From an uncultured Chloroflexia bacterium (GTDB lineage: Bacteria; Chloroflexota; Limnocylindria; Limnocylindrales; CSP1-4): a stretch of 64,000 nt of DNA. Where the stretch lies: positions 288,001-352,000 of the forward strand of contig CAVTHS010000010.1 of NCBI GenBank assembly GCA_963734535.1, in the 5' to 3' direction. How positions within the stretch are numbered: the stretch's first letter is position 1; each line of letters begins with the position of its first letter. The position numbers were made by a program, and so were the translations under genes. The notes below the pieces were generated by a model. It had not been told where the DNA came from, made no database searches, and was given only the letters and a program-made list of their open reading frames with translations. Positions 11,132 to 21,726 of this stretch are shown piece after piece.

Positions 11132-11586
11132 GCCTCCGTGGTCACGGGCCGCGATGGCGCGCCGCCAACGGGCGATGGACGCCCGTCGATGGCCGCGAAG
11201 ATGCCCTGGAGGAACGCGCCGACCGCGTCGGCATCCGCGTCGACCCCCCGCAGGACGACGCCCTCCACGGTCGCGCTGATGATCCGATGCGCCCCCTGGA
11301 CCTCCACCTGGACGTCACCAAGCTGGACCCGTGTCCACCGGACGAGCTTCCCCGCCGCCCGGGGGCCCTCCTGGGGCACGATCACGCGCACGTGGACCGT
11401 GACCAGGCCGGCGGGGGTCGCGGCGAGCAGCACCCAGCGCACGCCGGGGTCCTCGCCCCAGGCCACCCAGCAGTCGGGATCCGGCGTTGCCCCGAGCGTG
11501 ACGAGCGTCGCCTCGGCCACGGCGAGAACCTTCGGACCTGCCGCCGCGGGGATCGGCGCCACGGCACCCCACTCGCTGAGCCGCAT
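11128..11586 (-). CDS. hypothetical protein (152 aa, beta-rich, possibly PH-like)
   Basis: GGAGG RBS; MRLSEWGAVAP...; its stop overlaps the acyltransferase ATG (ATGA). Confidence 0.7.
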   Translation of the reverse strand: MRLSEWGAVAPIPAAAGPKVLAVAEATLVTLGATPDPDCWVAWGEDPGVRWVLLAATPAGLVTVHVRVIVPQEGPRAAGKLVRWTRVQLGDVQVEVQGAHRIISATVEGVVLRGVDADADAVGAFLQGIFAAIDGRPSPVGGAPSRPVTTEA

Positions 11587-11733
11587 CGTGGCCGGACCTC
11601 CGCTGCTCGAGCGCGCGTGCCGCGCGGACCCATCGAAGGCTATCACGAGGCCCTGGCCGGGAGGGCCGTTCGGCCGTTCACAACCTCCGCGGCGCCACGA
11701 TACCCTCGGGTGCCTACGGAGGGTCGTTCTGGC

Positions 11734-12722
11734 ATGTCGATCGATCGTCGTCTCGCCAACCTGGGAATCTTCCTGCTCATCCTCGGCGCGATTCCCCTGG
11801 CCGTCAGCCAGGGCTGGATCGCCCACGAGACCATCTCCCGGGCATGGGAGCTCTGGCCGCTGATCCTGATCGGGATCGGGATCGGGCTCATCCTTCGGCG
11901 CACGCCGTTCCACTTCCTGGGAGGGCTCCTGGTCGCGGCGACCTTCGGCACGATGTTCGGCTCGCTGCTCGCCGGCGGCCTCAGCCTCGGCGCGCTCGGC
12001 TGCGGCACCGCGGCCTCCTCGACGGACCCCGCCGTCCTCGACGAGCACGGCACGTTCGGGGCCGGGACGGTCAGCGTCGAGCTCAACGCGACCTGCGCCA
12101 GCATGGCGGTCGGGCCGGCTCCCGGCGCCGCCTGGGCCGTCACGGTCAACGGGCAGGCCAGCGGGCGACCGACGCTGGAGCAGGCGAGCGAATCGGCTCG
12201 CCGTACGCTCGACCAACCGGAACGTGACCATCCCGTTCGACAGCGGCCGCCGCTCTCGCTGGAACGTCACGCTGGGGACCGACACTCTCCTATTCGCTCG
12301 ACGTCAACCTCAACGCGGGCGAGGTGACCCTCGATCTCGCGGGCATCCGCGTCGATACGCTCGCTGCCCAGGGCAATGCGATCGGCAACTCGCGACTTCT
12401 CCTGCACGATGCGACCGTCGGTCGCCTGGAGGTGCAGGTCAACGCCGGCGATCTCAAGATCGGGCTGCCGGCCGGATCCGACCTCACCGGCCAGGTCCAG
12501 GCCAACGCCGCGTCCGTTGCGCTGTGCGCCGATCCTGGCACGGGGCTCCGATTGCGGAGCACCTCCACGCTGACGGGCGACAACTTCGCCGCCGCCGGGC
12601 TCGTCAAGTCCGGCACGACGTGGGAGTCGCCCGGGATCGGCTCCGCGACGCACGTCGTGGACCTCGCCCTGGAGGGCGCGGCCGCCAGCTTCACGCTCAA
12701 TCCTTCGGAGGGATGCCGGTGA
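11734..12722 (+). CDS. LiaF/DUF5668-like membrane protein with extracytoplasmic beta-repeat (toast-rack-like) domain; frameshifts near 12200 and 12290
   Basis: GIFLLILGAI...WELWPLILIGIGIGLIL TM motif, followed by repeated beta units (LDVNLNAGEVTLDL, LEVQVNAGDLKIGLP). Confidence 0.72.
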
Positions 12723-13372
12723 ACGACCGCATGTACCGCTCCGTCGACGACCGCGTCCTCGGCGGCGTCTGCGCGGGCCTCGCTGATCGACTCGACCTCG
12801 ACCCGGCGCTCGTCCGGATCGGCTACGCGATCCTGGCCCTGGTGACCGGGATCTTCCCACTGCTCATCCTCTACGTGATCATGGTCGTCGTGATCCCCGA
12901 AGAGCCGGCCTGGACCGGCGTGCGGCCCGTCGTCCCGCAGCCCGCAGGCCCCACGTGGCCGGGCACCGGGGGACCCGCCGCACCGATGGGGCCCGATGCG
13001 CAGGCCGCTTCGGCGGCCGGGGATTCCCCGGGTGCGGCCGGCCCGCAACCCGCCGCTCCCACGTCAGCGGACCCGGCCGCGGTTCCTGGCTGGATCCCGC
13101 CCGGCTACTCCGGTGGCTGGGACAACCAGACCTGGCGCGAGCAGCGCGGCGCGGCACGTGCGACACGGCGTGCCGAGCGGGCCGCCCGCCGCGCCGAGCG
13201 CCGCAACGACCCGGTCCCGGCGATCATCGGCGGCATCTTCCTGGTGGCCCTCGGAGCGTTCTTTCTCCTGCGGAACACCTTCGACATCGACTGGTCGGTC
13301 GTATGGCCGGTCGTCCTCATCGCGTTTGGGGTTGTGGTCCTGATCGCAGCGTTCCGACCCCGCTCCGGGTGA
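12719..13372 (+). CDS. pspC: PspC domain protein with C-terminal LiaF/DUF5668-like TM hairpin
   Basis: RMYRSVDDRVLGGVCAGLADRLDLDPALVRI; C-terminal DWSVVWPVVLIAFG. Confidence 0.9.
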   Translation: MNDRMYRSVDDRVLGGVCAGLADRLDLDPALVRIGYAILALVTGIFPLLILYVIMVVVIPEEPAWTGVRPVVPQPAGPTWPGTGGPAAPMGPDAQAASAAGDSPGAAGPQPAAPTSADPAAVPGWIPPGYSGGWDNQTWREQRGAARATRRAERAARRAERRNDPVPAIIGGIFLVALGAFFLLRNTFDIDWSVVWPVVLIAFGVVVLIAAFRPRSG

Positions 13373-14460
13373 CCGGCGCGCCGACGCTTGTCATCGCGGC
13401 AGCCGGCGCCGGCGTCATCGGCGGGCTGTTCCTGCTCGTCCGCGGATTGGCGGCGTTCCGGGCCGGCGAGGCCGTGCGCGGGACGAGCACGAGCAGGATC
13501 GAGTCGCTGGCAGCGGGCGAGGTCCGCCTGGTCGGGACGATCGCTCCGGGTCCCGTGACGCTCGTGTCAGCGCTCCAGAGCGTTCCGTGCGTCTACTACC
13601 ACGCCAGGATCGTGGAGGATCGAGGCCGCGAGCGGACCACCGCGCTGGACGATGAGCGCGCCGTCGGCTTCCTGCTGCGCGACGGATCGGGCACGCTGCG
13701 CGTCTTCCCTCGTGGCGCGCGCTGGGACGCGCCCACCTGCTTCGATGAGCAGACGGACTGGGCCGGTGACGACCCGCCGGGCCTTGACCGGAACTATGGC
13801 TCCGGGATGACTGCCGCCACGTTCGACCGCGACGCCGCGATCGCGGCGCTCCTTACGGTCCGTCGCCCCGATGGGAGGCCGGCGGACGATGAGCCGCCGG
13901 GCATCCTGGGCGGCGCGACCGTTCTCGGCAACGCCGGCCTTGGCGCGCGGCGCCACTACGAGGAGCGGCGGCTGGCGCCGGGTGACATCGTGACGATCGT
14001 CGGAAGCGCGGTCCCATTCGGCGACATCGAGGATCCGGCGACCGCGGACCGCGATGATCCCACTCGTGCGCTCGATGACCCGGAGGTGGCGCGAAGCCTT
14101 GCCGAGGCCCGCGCAGCGGGAATCCTGGCGAACTCACCGGAGGAAGCGTGGGGGAACGCCGCAATCCCCGGCTTCGGGGTCGGCCGGCCGACGCGCGCCC
14201 CGGACCTGGATCCCGAGGCACGTCCGATGCCGCTCGCGCCGGCCGGCACCGAGGCCGCCGCGGCGGCCGTCTTCGACATCCCCGCCGGCGAGCTCGTCAT
14301 GGCGGTCATGCCCGATCGTCCGCTCCTCGTCCGGTTCGGCAGCCCGGGCGAGGCCGTGGCGCGCGACCAGGGAGCGCTCACCCTGGGGCTCGGTGGGGCG
14401 CTGCTCGCGATCGTCGCCGCGCTCGTGCTCGCGCTGGCCCTCCAGGGGACGTTCGGGTGA
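13369..14460 (+). CDS. GIDE-domain membrane protein (LemA-associated)
   Basis: N- and C-terminal TM helices; TSTSRIESLAAGEVRLVG, PCVYY, FLLRDGSG, YEERRLAPGDIVTIVG; directly upstream of lemA. Confidence 0.75.
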   Translation: MTGAPTLVIAAAGAGVIGGLFLLVRGLAAFRAGEAVRGTSTSRIESLAAGEVRLVGTIAPGPVTLVSALQSVPCVYYHARIVEDRGRERTTALDDERAVGFLLRDGSGTLRVFPRGARWDAPTCFDEQTDWAGDDPPGLDRNYGSGMTAATFDRDAAIAALLTVRRPDGRPADDEPPGILGGATVLGNAGLGARRHYEERRLAPGDIVTIVGSAVPFGDIEDPATADRDDPTRALDDPEVARSLAEARAAGILANSPEEAWGNAAIPGFGVGRPTRAPDLDPEARPMPLAPAGTEAAAAAVFDIPAGELVMAVMPDRPLLVRFGSPGEAVARDQGALTLGLGGALLAIVAALVLALALQGTFG

Positions 14461-15119
14461 GCCCACTCGCCGGAGCCGCGCTCTTCGCGGTCCTCCTCGT
14501 GGCGCTCGTGGTCGCCTTCCTGCTCGTGATCACATACAACAGCGTGGTCGCCCTGCGCACGCGCATCGACAAAGCGTGGGGAAACGTCGAGGTCGCCCTC
14601 AAGCAGCGCCACGACCAGCTCGCGGAACTGGTCGCTGCCGTCCGGGACGTGATGGCGTTCGAGCAGGCTGTCCTCGGCGAGGTCGCCAGGCAGCGCGCGC
14701 GGTACTCCCCGCAGGCGCCGATCAGCGAGCAGGGCGCGGTCTCCGCAGCGACCAGTCGGGCCGTCCGCTCGCTCTTCGCGGTCGTCGAGAATTACCCGCA
14801 GGTTCGGTCGCAGGAGAACGTGCTCCGGCTGCAGGCGGAGATCGAGCGGCTCGAGCAGCAGATCGCGGACCGGCGCGAGCTCTACAACGACCAGGTCTAC
14901 CGCTACAACACGACGATCGGGCAGGTCCCGGCCGTGGTCCTGGCGGGGCTGCTGGGCTGGCTGCCGCGGGCGTTCTTCGATGCAGAGCCGGCAGCCGACG
15001 AACGCCCGTCGGTGGAGCTGCACCCGCTCGCCGGTCCGGGCGGGGACGACGCCGCACCGGGCCGTGGCGACGCTGGCTCGGCCGCCGCAGACCCGAACGG
15101 GGAGGGCACGGCCCGGTAG
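14457..15119 (+). CDS. lemA: LemA family protein
   Basis: TM then YNSVVALRTRIDKAWGNVEVALKQRHD, VENYPQ, RRELYNDQVYRYNT. Confidence 0.93.
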   Translation: MSPLAGAALFAVLLVALVVAFLLVITYNSVVALRTRIDKAWGNVEVALKQRHDQLAELVAAVRDVMAFEQAVLGEVARQRARYSPQAPISEQGAVSAATSRAVRSLFAVVENYPQVRSQENVLRLQAEIERLEQQIADRRELYNDQVYRYNTTIGQVPAVVLAGLLGWLPRAFFDAEPAADERPSVELHPLAGPGGDDAAPGRGDAGSAAADPNGEGTAR

Positions 15120-15170
15120 ACTGGCTGACACGCGGCGCCGACCGGGAGCGGCGCTGACGTGGAGGGAGCG

Positions 15171-16013
15171 ATGGTGACGACCGCCCCAGGCGGCGGAGGG
15201 CCGCCTGCCGCCGTGGCCGAGCCGGCCGCGACGATGGTGGCGGGAGAGCCGTTCGATGTCTCGGTCTCATACGAGGTTGTGGGGCCCGTGGACGCGCCGA
15301 CCCTCGTCTTCCTCCATGGAACTCGCGTGACCCGCGCGATGTGGGACCCGCAGGTCGCCGGCCTGTCAGACCGCTTTCGCGTCGTGACGGTGGACCTGCC
15401 GGGACACGGCGCACTCGCCGACATGACCTTCCGGATGGCGAGGGCGGTCACGATCGTGCGCTCGGTGATCGCTCGCAACGGCGGTCGAGCCGTCGTGATC
15501 GGCCAGTCGCTGGGCGGCTACGTCGCGATGGAGCTCGCCGCCGTCCACCCCGAGATGGTGGCGGGGCTGGTCCTCTGCAACTCCAGCACGGAGCCGCGGA
15601 CGGTGGCGCGCCGCGCGCCGCGTGCGGTGGGCGTCTACCTCGTGGACCGGGTCGGGGAGCGATACCTCGGGCGCGGCGCACCCGTGCATCCCGACGGGCC
15701 GCTGCGCGGTCCGGCGCCCCGTGCGACGAACGGCTGGCTCTTCAAGGGCGGGTATCGCGCGGTGGTCACCGCGCTGCGGACCTCGTTCCTGCCCCGGCTC
15801 GCCGGGTACCCGGGCCCGGCCCTCCTCGTGAACGGCGCCGACGACCCGCTCTTCCGGCGCGGCGAGCGCGACTTCCTGGCCGCCTGCTTCGACGGCCGCC
15901 TGCGCGTCATCGAGGGCGCCGGGCACCTGGTGAACAGCGAGAAGCCAGACGCCTTCAACGCCGCGATCCTCGAATTCGCGGAGACCGTGTTCAGGAGCCG
16001 GGCGGCGCGCTGA
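15171..16013 (+). CDS. alpha/beta fold hydrolase
   Basis: VFLHG, DLPGHG, GQSLGG nucleophile elbow, GADD, AGHLVN. Confidence 0.9.
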   Translation: MVTTAPGGGGPPAAVAEPAATMVAGEPFDVSVSYEVVGPVDAPTLVFLHGTRVTRAMWDPQVAGLSDRFRVVTVDLPGHGALADMTFRMARAVTIVRSVIARNGGRAVVIGQSLGGYVAMELAAVHPEMVAGLVLCNSSTEPRTVARRAPRAVGVYLVDRVGERYLGRGAPVHPDGPLRGPAPRATNGWLFKGGYRAVVTALRTSFLPRLAGYPGPALLVNGADDPLFRRGERDFLAACFDGRLRVIEGAGHLVNSEKPDAFNAAILEFAETVFRSRAAR

Positions 16014-17106
16014 CCCCCAGCACCTCCCGGACCTCGTGGGCGATCTCGAGGTCCTCGCGAGCGGCAACCACGAACGTGCGGACCGCAGCGCCGGGCGCGC
16101 CGATCTCTCGATCCTCGCCGGCGGCCCTGTTGCGCGCCTCGTCGACCGCGACGCCGAGGAAGGCGAGGTCGCCCGCGGCGCGTTCCCGCACGGCCGGAGC
16201 GTTCTCCCCCACCCCGCCGGTGAAGACGAGGGCGTCGAGGCCGCCGAGCGCGGCCGCCATCGCAGCCACGGCTGCCCGCAACCGGTGGTGGTAGACGTCG
16301 AGCGCGAGCACGGCGTCCGGCTCGCCGGCGGCGGCTGCAGCGAGGATCGCGCGCATGTCGGCCGTGCCCGCCAGGCCCAGGAGCCCCGATCGATGCTCGA
16401 GCGTCGCTGCGAGCTCCGCGGGCGGCATCCGGACGTGCTCCGCCAGCCAGAGGACCAGGCCCGGATCGATGCTGCCCGACCGGGTGGCCATGACGAGCCC
16501 GTCGAGCGGCGTGAAGCCCATCGTGGTGTCCAGGGAGCGTCCGTCGCGCACCGCGGCGAGCGATGCCCCGGCGCCGAGGTGGCAGGTCACGATCCGGAGG
16601 CCGGCGTCCCCGGTATCTCCGATGAGCTCGGCTGCCCGCCGCGACGCGTACGCGTGCGACAGGCCGTGGAAGCCGTACTTGCGAAGGTCCCAGCGCTTCC
16701 TCCACTCGTGCGGGATCGCGTACGTCGAGGCCGCGGCAGGCATCCCGGCATGGAAGGCCGTGTCGAAGCAGGCGACCGCCGGTACGTCCGGGAGGGTCGC
16801 CGTCACCGCCTCGAGCGCGGCGAGCGATTTCGGCTGGTGGAGCGGGGCGAGATCGGTCAGCGTCCGGAGCCGCTCGACCACCTCGCCGTCGATCCGGACC
16901 GGCCGCGCATACAGGGTCCCGCCGTGGACGATCCGGTGGCCGACGGCGTCCACCGCCCCGAATCCCTCGATGGCTCGCGCGACGGCGACGATGTCCGCCT
17001 GCCCGCGCGGGGCGGGCAGGTCCTCCGCCCCCGTGACCTGGTCGTCCGGGTCAAGGACGCGGAGCTTCAGGCTGCTCGACCCGGCGTTGACGACGAGGAT
17101 CCGCAT
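15991..17106 (-). CDS. ackA: acetate/propionate kinase
   Basis: NAGSSSLK, GHRIVHGG, FDTAFH, YGFHGLSH, DTTMGFTPLDG, FTGGVGEN. Confidence 0.95.
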   Translation of the reverse strand: MRILVVNAGSSSLKLRVLDPDDQVTGAEDLPAPRGQADIVAVARAIEGFGAVDAVGHRIVHGGTLYARPVRIDGEVVERLRTLTDLAPLHQPKSLAALEAVTATLPDVPAVACFDTAFHAGMPAAASTYAIPHEWRKRWDLRKYGFHGLSHAYASRRAAELIGDTGDAGLRIVTCHLGAGASLAAVRDGRSLDTTMGFTPLDGLVMATRSGSIDPGLVLWLAEHVRMPPAELAATLEHRSGLLGLAGTADMRAILAAAAAGEPDAVLALDVYHHRLRAAVAAMAAALGGLDALVFTGGVGENAPAVRERAAGDLAFLGVAVDEARNRAAGEDREIGAPGAAVRTFVVAAREDLEIAHEVREVLGVSAPPGS

Positions 17107-17120
17107 CTCAGCTCACCGCC

Positions 17121-19505
17121 TCAGTGTGGCCAGGCCCAGGTCCGGATCTCGGGCGCGTCCTCGCCTTCCAGGCGCGTGTACGCCCGTGCCCGCAGGCGCC
17201 GGTCCACCATCAGCTGGCGAACGTGCGCCGCCCGCGGCCCCAGGCCCGGCACGCGGTCGATCACGTCCATCACGAGGTGGAACCGGTCGAGGTCGTTGAG
17301 CATGACCATGTCGAACGGCGTGGTGGTGGTGCCCTCCTCCTTGTAGCCGCGAACGTGGATGTTGACGTGGTTCGTCCGGCGATAGGTCAGGCGGTGGATC
17401 AGCCACGGGTACCCGTGGTAGGCGAAGACAACCGGCTTGTCACGGGTGAAGAGCGAGTCGAACTCGGTCTCCGACATCCCGTGCGGGTGCTCGGTGGCAG
17501 GCTGCAGCCGCATCAGGTCCACGACGTTGACGACCCGAACCTTCAAGTCCGGGAGGTGCTGGCGGATCATGTCGACCGCGGCGAGCGTCTCGAGCGTCGG
17601 CGTGTCGCCGCAACAGGCCATGACCACGTCGGGCTCGCCGCCCTGGTCGTTGCTGGCCCAGTCCCAGATGCCGATGCCGCGCGTGCAATGGAGCACGGCC
17701 TGGTCCATCGAGAGCCAGTTCGGGGCCGGCTGCTTGCCGGCGACGATGACGTTGACGTACTGGCGGCTGCGCAGGCAGTGGTCGGCCACCGACAGGAGCG
17801 TGTTCGCGTCGGGCGGCAGATAGACCCGGATGACCTCGGACTTCTTGTTGACCACGTGGTCGATGAAGCCCGGGTCCTGGTGGCTGAAGCCATTGTGGTC
17901 CTGGCGCCAGACCAGCGAGCTCAGGACGTAGTTGAGCGACGCGATCGGTCGCCGCCACGGGATGCCGTTGGTCACCTTCAGCCACTTGGCATGCTGGTTG
18001 AACATCGAATCGATGATGTGGATGAAGGCTTCGTAGCAGTTGAAGAGGCCGTGGCGGCCGGTCAGGAGGTAGCCTTCGAGCCAGCCCTCGCACTGGTGCT
18101 CGGAGAGGACCTCCATCACGCGGCCCTCGGCGGCCTGGTGGTCGTCCGAGGGCAGGAGCTCCCCGTCGAACTGGCGGTCCGTCACCTCGAAGACGGCTCC
18201 GAGCCGGTTCGACGACGTCTCGTCGGGACCGAAGATCCGGAACGTGTCGCGGTTCCGGTCGATGACGTCGCGGAGGAACGTCCCGAGCACGCGCGTCGCC
18301 TCGGCGTTCGTGGCGCCCGGCGCGCTCACCTCCACCGCGTAGTCGCGGAAGTCGGGCAGCGCGAGGTCGCGCAGCAGCAGCCCGCCGTTCGCGTGCGGGT
18401 TGGCGCTCATCCGCCGGTAGCTTCGCGGCGGCAGCTCGGCCAGCTCCGGGACGAGTGCGCCATCGGCGTCGAAGAGCTCCTCCGGCCGGTAGCTCCGGAG
18501 CCAGCCCTCGAGGAGCGCGAGATGCTCGGGATTCGTCCGCACCTCCCCGAACGGGACCTGGTGCGCACGCCAGGAGCCCTCCGAGGGCAGGCCGTCGACC
18601 TCCTTCGGGCCCGTCCAGCCCTTCGGGCTTCGCAGCACGATCATGGGCCAGCGCGGGCGCTCGGTGACGCCGCCGTCGCGGGCCGCGCGCTGGATGTCGT
18701 GGATCTCGGTGACCACGGCGTCCATGGCGGCCGCCATCTGCTGGTGCATCAGCACGGGGTCGTCCCCGCTCACGAAGTACGGGTGATGCCCGTAGCCCTC
18801 CATGAGGGCCCGCAGCTCGTCCTCCGGGATCCGGGCCAGGACCGTGGGGTTGGCGATCTTGTAGCCGTTGAGGTGGAGGATCGGGAGGACCGCGCCGTCG
18901 CGGACGGGGTCGAGGAACTTGTTCGAGTGCCAGCTGGTGGCCAGCGGCCCTGTCTCCGCCTCGCCGTCGCCGACCACGCAGCAGACGATCAGGTCCGGGT
19001 TGTCGAACGCGGCACCGTATGCGTGCGAGAGCGCATAGCCCAGCTCGCCGCCCTCGTGGATCGAGCCCGGCGTCTCCGGCGCGACGTGGCTGGGGATCCC
19101 ACCGGGGAACGAGAACTGCCGGAAGAGCTGGCGCAGGCCGTCGGCGTCCCGGGTGATGCTCGGGTAGACCTCCGTGTACGTTCCCTCGAGGTATGCGTTC
19201 GCCACGATCGCGGGTCCGCCATGGCCCGGCCCGATGACGTAGATGGCGTCGAGGTCCCAGCTCCGGATCACCCGGTTCATGTGGGCGTAGACGAAATTGA
19301 GACCCGGCGTCGTGCCCCAGTGGCCCAGCAGGCGCGGCTTGCAGTGCTGGGGTGCGAGTGGCTCGCGGAGCAGCGGGTTGTCGAGCAGGTAGATCTGGCC
19401 GACCGAGAGATAGTTGGCGGCCCGCCAGTAGGCGTCGATCTGCTCCAGCTCGGCCGTCGCCAGCGGCCCGACGGGCTGAACCTTGGCGCGTCCCTGATGT
19501 GCCAT
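17121..19505 (-). CDS. xfp: xylulose-5-phosphate/fructose-6-phosphate phosphoketolase
   Basis: [52 protein letters not shown]; GGAGG RBS. Confidence 0.97.
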   Translation of the reverse strand: MAHQGRAKVQPVGPLATAELEQIDAYWRAANYLSVGQIYLLDNPLLREPLAPQHCKPRLLGHWGTTPGLNFVYAHMNRVIRSWDLDAIYVIGPGHGGPAIVANAYLEGTYTEVYPSITRDADGLRQLFRQFSFPGGIPSHVAPETPGSIHEGGELGYALSHAYGAAFDNPDLIVCCVVGDGEAETGPLATSWHSNKFLDPVRDGAVLPILHLNGYKIANPTVLARIPEDELRALMEGYGHHPYFVSGDDPVLMHQQMAAAMDAVVTEIHDIQRAARDGGVTERPRWPMIVLRSPKGWTGPKEVDGLPSEGSWRAHQVPFGEVRTNPEHLALLEGWLRSYRPEELFDADGALVPELAELPPRSYRRMSANPHANGGLLLRDLALPDFRDYAVEVSAPGATNAEATRVLGTFLRDVIDRNRDTFRIFGPDETSSNRLGAVFEVTDRQFDGELLPSDDHQAAEGRVMEVLSEHQCEGWLEGYLLTGRHGLFNCYEAFIHIIDSMFNQHAKWLKVTNGIPWRRPIASLNYVLSSLVWRQDHNGFSHQDPGFIDHVVNKKSEVIRVYLPPDANTLLSVADHCLRSRQYVNVIVAGKQPAPNWLSMDQAVLHCTRGIGIWDWASNDQGGEPDVVMACCGDTPTLETLAAVDMIRQHLPDLKVRVVNVVDLMRLQPATEHPHGMSETEFDSLFTRDKPVVFAYHGYPWLIHRLTYRRTNHVNIHVRGYKEEGTTTTPFDMVMLNDLDRFHLVMDVIDRVPGLGPRAAHVRQLMVDRRLRARAYTRLEGEDAPEIRTWAWPH

Positions 19506-19997
19506 GCGATCCACCTCCGCGCACAGGGTAGCGTGTCCGTTCGTGCTCGTGAGGACCGTCCGCCGGGACGCCACGAGCGTCATTTCGCATGCGCGGCTAC
19601 ACTCCGCCCCCGGACGTGCCTGCCGACAGGCGGACACGCTCGATCTCGCGCCGCGTCGCCCCATGACGGGCGTCCGACCGGTCGCAACGTGCGTGCCGGG
19701 CTTCGCGGGCGTGAGCTAGCCAATGTCGTGTCCCCGCCCCACGGGGACGCCTGCATGGGCCAGTGCCGTTCCCGAAGTGGCCGGCGCCGACCCGATGCAG
19801 GAGCAATTCCCGCAGTGCCCGCGGGAACACGTGGAGTCGAACTGAACCGCTCGCTGCCCGGTCGCCGGGCGTCGCCCCGAACACGAGTGCGGCGCCCCTG
19901 GCCTGCCCGGTTCCGACCGGGTTCCCCCGCCTCGCCTCGCGAGGTCGGCACATTCCCCGGGACAGCGAATCCGCGGATCCCCGAAGGGAGCTACCCA

Positions 19998-20852
19998 TTG
20001 CTCGTCCATTTCCAACGCACGATTCCGAAACGCGTCGGTCGCATCGAATCGCTGGCCATCTCGATCCTCGCGGCCCTCGTGCTGGCGAGCGCAGGTGTGC
20101 CGTCGATCGCGGCGGTCGCAGCGTCCAACCCGTCCCCCTCCCCGGCACCGAGCGCGTCGCCCGCGCCGGGCGCATCTCCGTCACCCTCGCCGTCCGTGAT
20201 GCCGGGCGCGTCGGCGGTGCCGAGCGCGTCGCCTGCGCCAGGCGTGAGCCCTGCGCCGGGCGTGAGCCCATCGCCGTCCGCGAGCCCGGGCCAGCCGGGC
20301 GATCCGTCTCCGTCGGGCTCGGTCGACCCGACCGCGGCCGTGTCGCCCGGACCGACCGTGGCCGCCGCGGTGCTGCGGCCGACCCCGACCCTGACCCCGC
20401 CGCCGGGCGCCGTCGCCGCCTTCGCGGTGAAGGGCCAGCCGTACAGCCTGCCGGCCTTCGTCGCGCTCGGCACGTGGAAGGTGTCGAGCGTCTCGTTCTA
20501 CGGACCCGGCTTCTACTGCGTGCTGAACCGCGTCAAGGACTGCCTCCCGCAGCTCGGCCGCTCACCCTGGCCCAACGGAACGGCGTGCGGGGTCATGTAC
20601 ACACGCACGCTGGTCGGCGTCGCCAACAGGACGCTCCCCTGCGGAACGCTCGTTGCGTTCAGCTATCGCGGCCACACCGTGATCGCCCCGGTCGTCGACC
20701 GCGGGCCGTACGTGACCGGCCGCAACTGGGATCTCTCCGGCGGGCTCTGCCGCGCCCTCCAGCACTGTTTCACCGGCCCGATCCGCTGGACGATCGTGCA
20801 CCGCGCAATCGGCCCGGCCCTGCCGCTGCGGATCAGCCTCCGCCGCCTCTGA
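19998..20852 (+). CDS. secreted RlpA-like (double-psi beta barrel) protein with Pro/Ser-rich repeat linker
   Basis: TTG start after GAAGGGAG; signal peptide; (P)SASPAPG repeats; SFYGPG...GTACG...ANRTLPCGT...VVDRGPY...WDLS. Confidence 0.85.
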   Translation: MLVHFQRTIPKRVGRIESLAISILAALVLASAGVPSIAAVAASNPSPSPAPSASPAPGASPSPSPSVMPGASAVPSASPAPGVSPAPGVSPSPSASPGQPGDPSPSGSVDPTAAVSPGPTVAAAVLRPTPTLTPPPGAVAAFAVKGQPYSLPAFVALGTWKVSSVSFYGPGFYCVLNRVKDCLPQLGRSPWPNGTACGVMYTRTLVGVANRTLPCGTLVAFSYRGHTVIAPVVDRGPYVTGRNWDLSGGLCRALQHCFTGPIRWTIVHRAIGPALPLRISLRRL

Positions 20853-20973
20853 CGCGGGTCGCGAGCGGGCGCGCCTCGGCGGCGCGCCCTGCCCGCCACC
20901 GGCCGAGGCTTCAGACTGGGCCGGTGAGCCCGACACGGCGCCGCGCCGGACGCATGACCATCGCCGCCCGCCG

Positions 20974-21726
20974 ATGAGCCCGTTCGAGGCGATCGCGATC
21001 CTGGCCGCCGGCCTCGCGGCGGGCACGATCAACACCGTCGTCGGGTCGGGCTCGCTGATCACGTTCCCGACGCTCCTCGCCTTCGGGTATTCGCCGGTCG
21101 TGGCGAACGTCTCGAACACCGTGGGGCTCGTGGCAGGCTCGCTGAGCGGTGCGATCGGCTATCGCCGCGAGCTGACCGGCCAGCGCGGCAGGGCCATCCG
21201 CCTCGGGATCGCGGCGACCGCCGGCGGCCTGACCGGCGGGCTGCTGCTGCTCGCCCTCCCGGAGTCGGCGTTCGAGCGGATCGTGCCGATCCTCATCCTC
21301 GGCTCAGTGGTCCTCATCGCGATCCAGCCGCGACTGTCGCGGGCCATGGGCGACCGGCGGGTCGAGGGTGCGGAGCACACCGTGCCGCTCGTCATCACGA
21401 TCTTCCTGACCGGTGTCTATGGGGGTTACTTCGGGGCCGGCCAGGGGGTGATCATGATGGCCCTGCTGGCGACCTTCCTGCCCGATGCCCTCCAGCGGCT
21501 CAACGGCCTGAAGAACGTCCTCGCCGTGCTGATCAACGGCGTCGCGGCCATCCTGTTCGTCGCGGTTGCCCCGGTGGCATGGTCCCCGGCCATCCTCCTC
21601 GCGATCGGCGCGATCGCCGGGGGCCAGGTCGGCGCGCTCGTGGGCCGGCGCCTTCCCGCGAGCGCGCTGCGCCTCGCGATCATCGTGATCGGCACGTTCG
21701 TCGGCGTCCGTCTCCTGATCGCGTAG
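20974..21726 (+). CDS. TauE/SafE (sulfite exporter) family membrane protein
   Basis: AGTINTVVGSGSLITFP, GVYGGYFGAGQG; multiple TM segments. Confidence 0.9.
   Translation: MSPFEAIAILAAGLAAGTINTVVGSGSLITFPTLLAFGYSPVVANVSNTVGLVAGSLSGAIGYRRELTGQRGRAIRLGIAATAGGLTGGLLLLALPESAFERIVPILILGSVVLIAIQPRLSRAMGDRRVEGAEHTVPLVITIFLTGVYGGYFGAGQGVIMMALLATFLPDALQRLNGLKNVLAVLINGVAAILFVAVAPVAWSPAILLAIGAIAGGQVGALVGRRLPASALRLAIIVIGTFVGVRLLIA

Noticed and set aside
17124-19990. Very long antisense or alternate-frame ORFs (e.g. 1242 aa at 17124, 706 aa at 197, 519 aa at 4599)
   Set aside because: Shadow ORFs opposite real genes, expected from stop-codon scarcity at high GC; only the 3' part of the 17124 ORF (RlpA-like) is real.
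19700-19997. Known riboswitch (ydaO/c-di-AMP, cobalamin) or SRP RNA
   Set aside because: Only fragments resemble them (GCGGGGGAACC, GCCACT..GGGAA, CCCGAAGGGAGC); the remaining conserved elements are missing.
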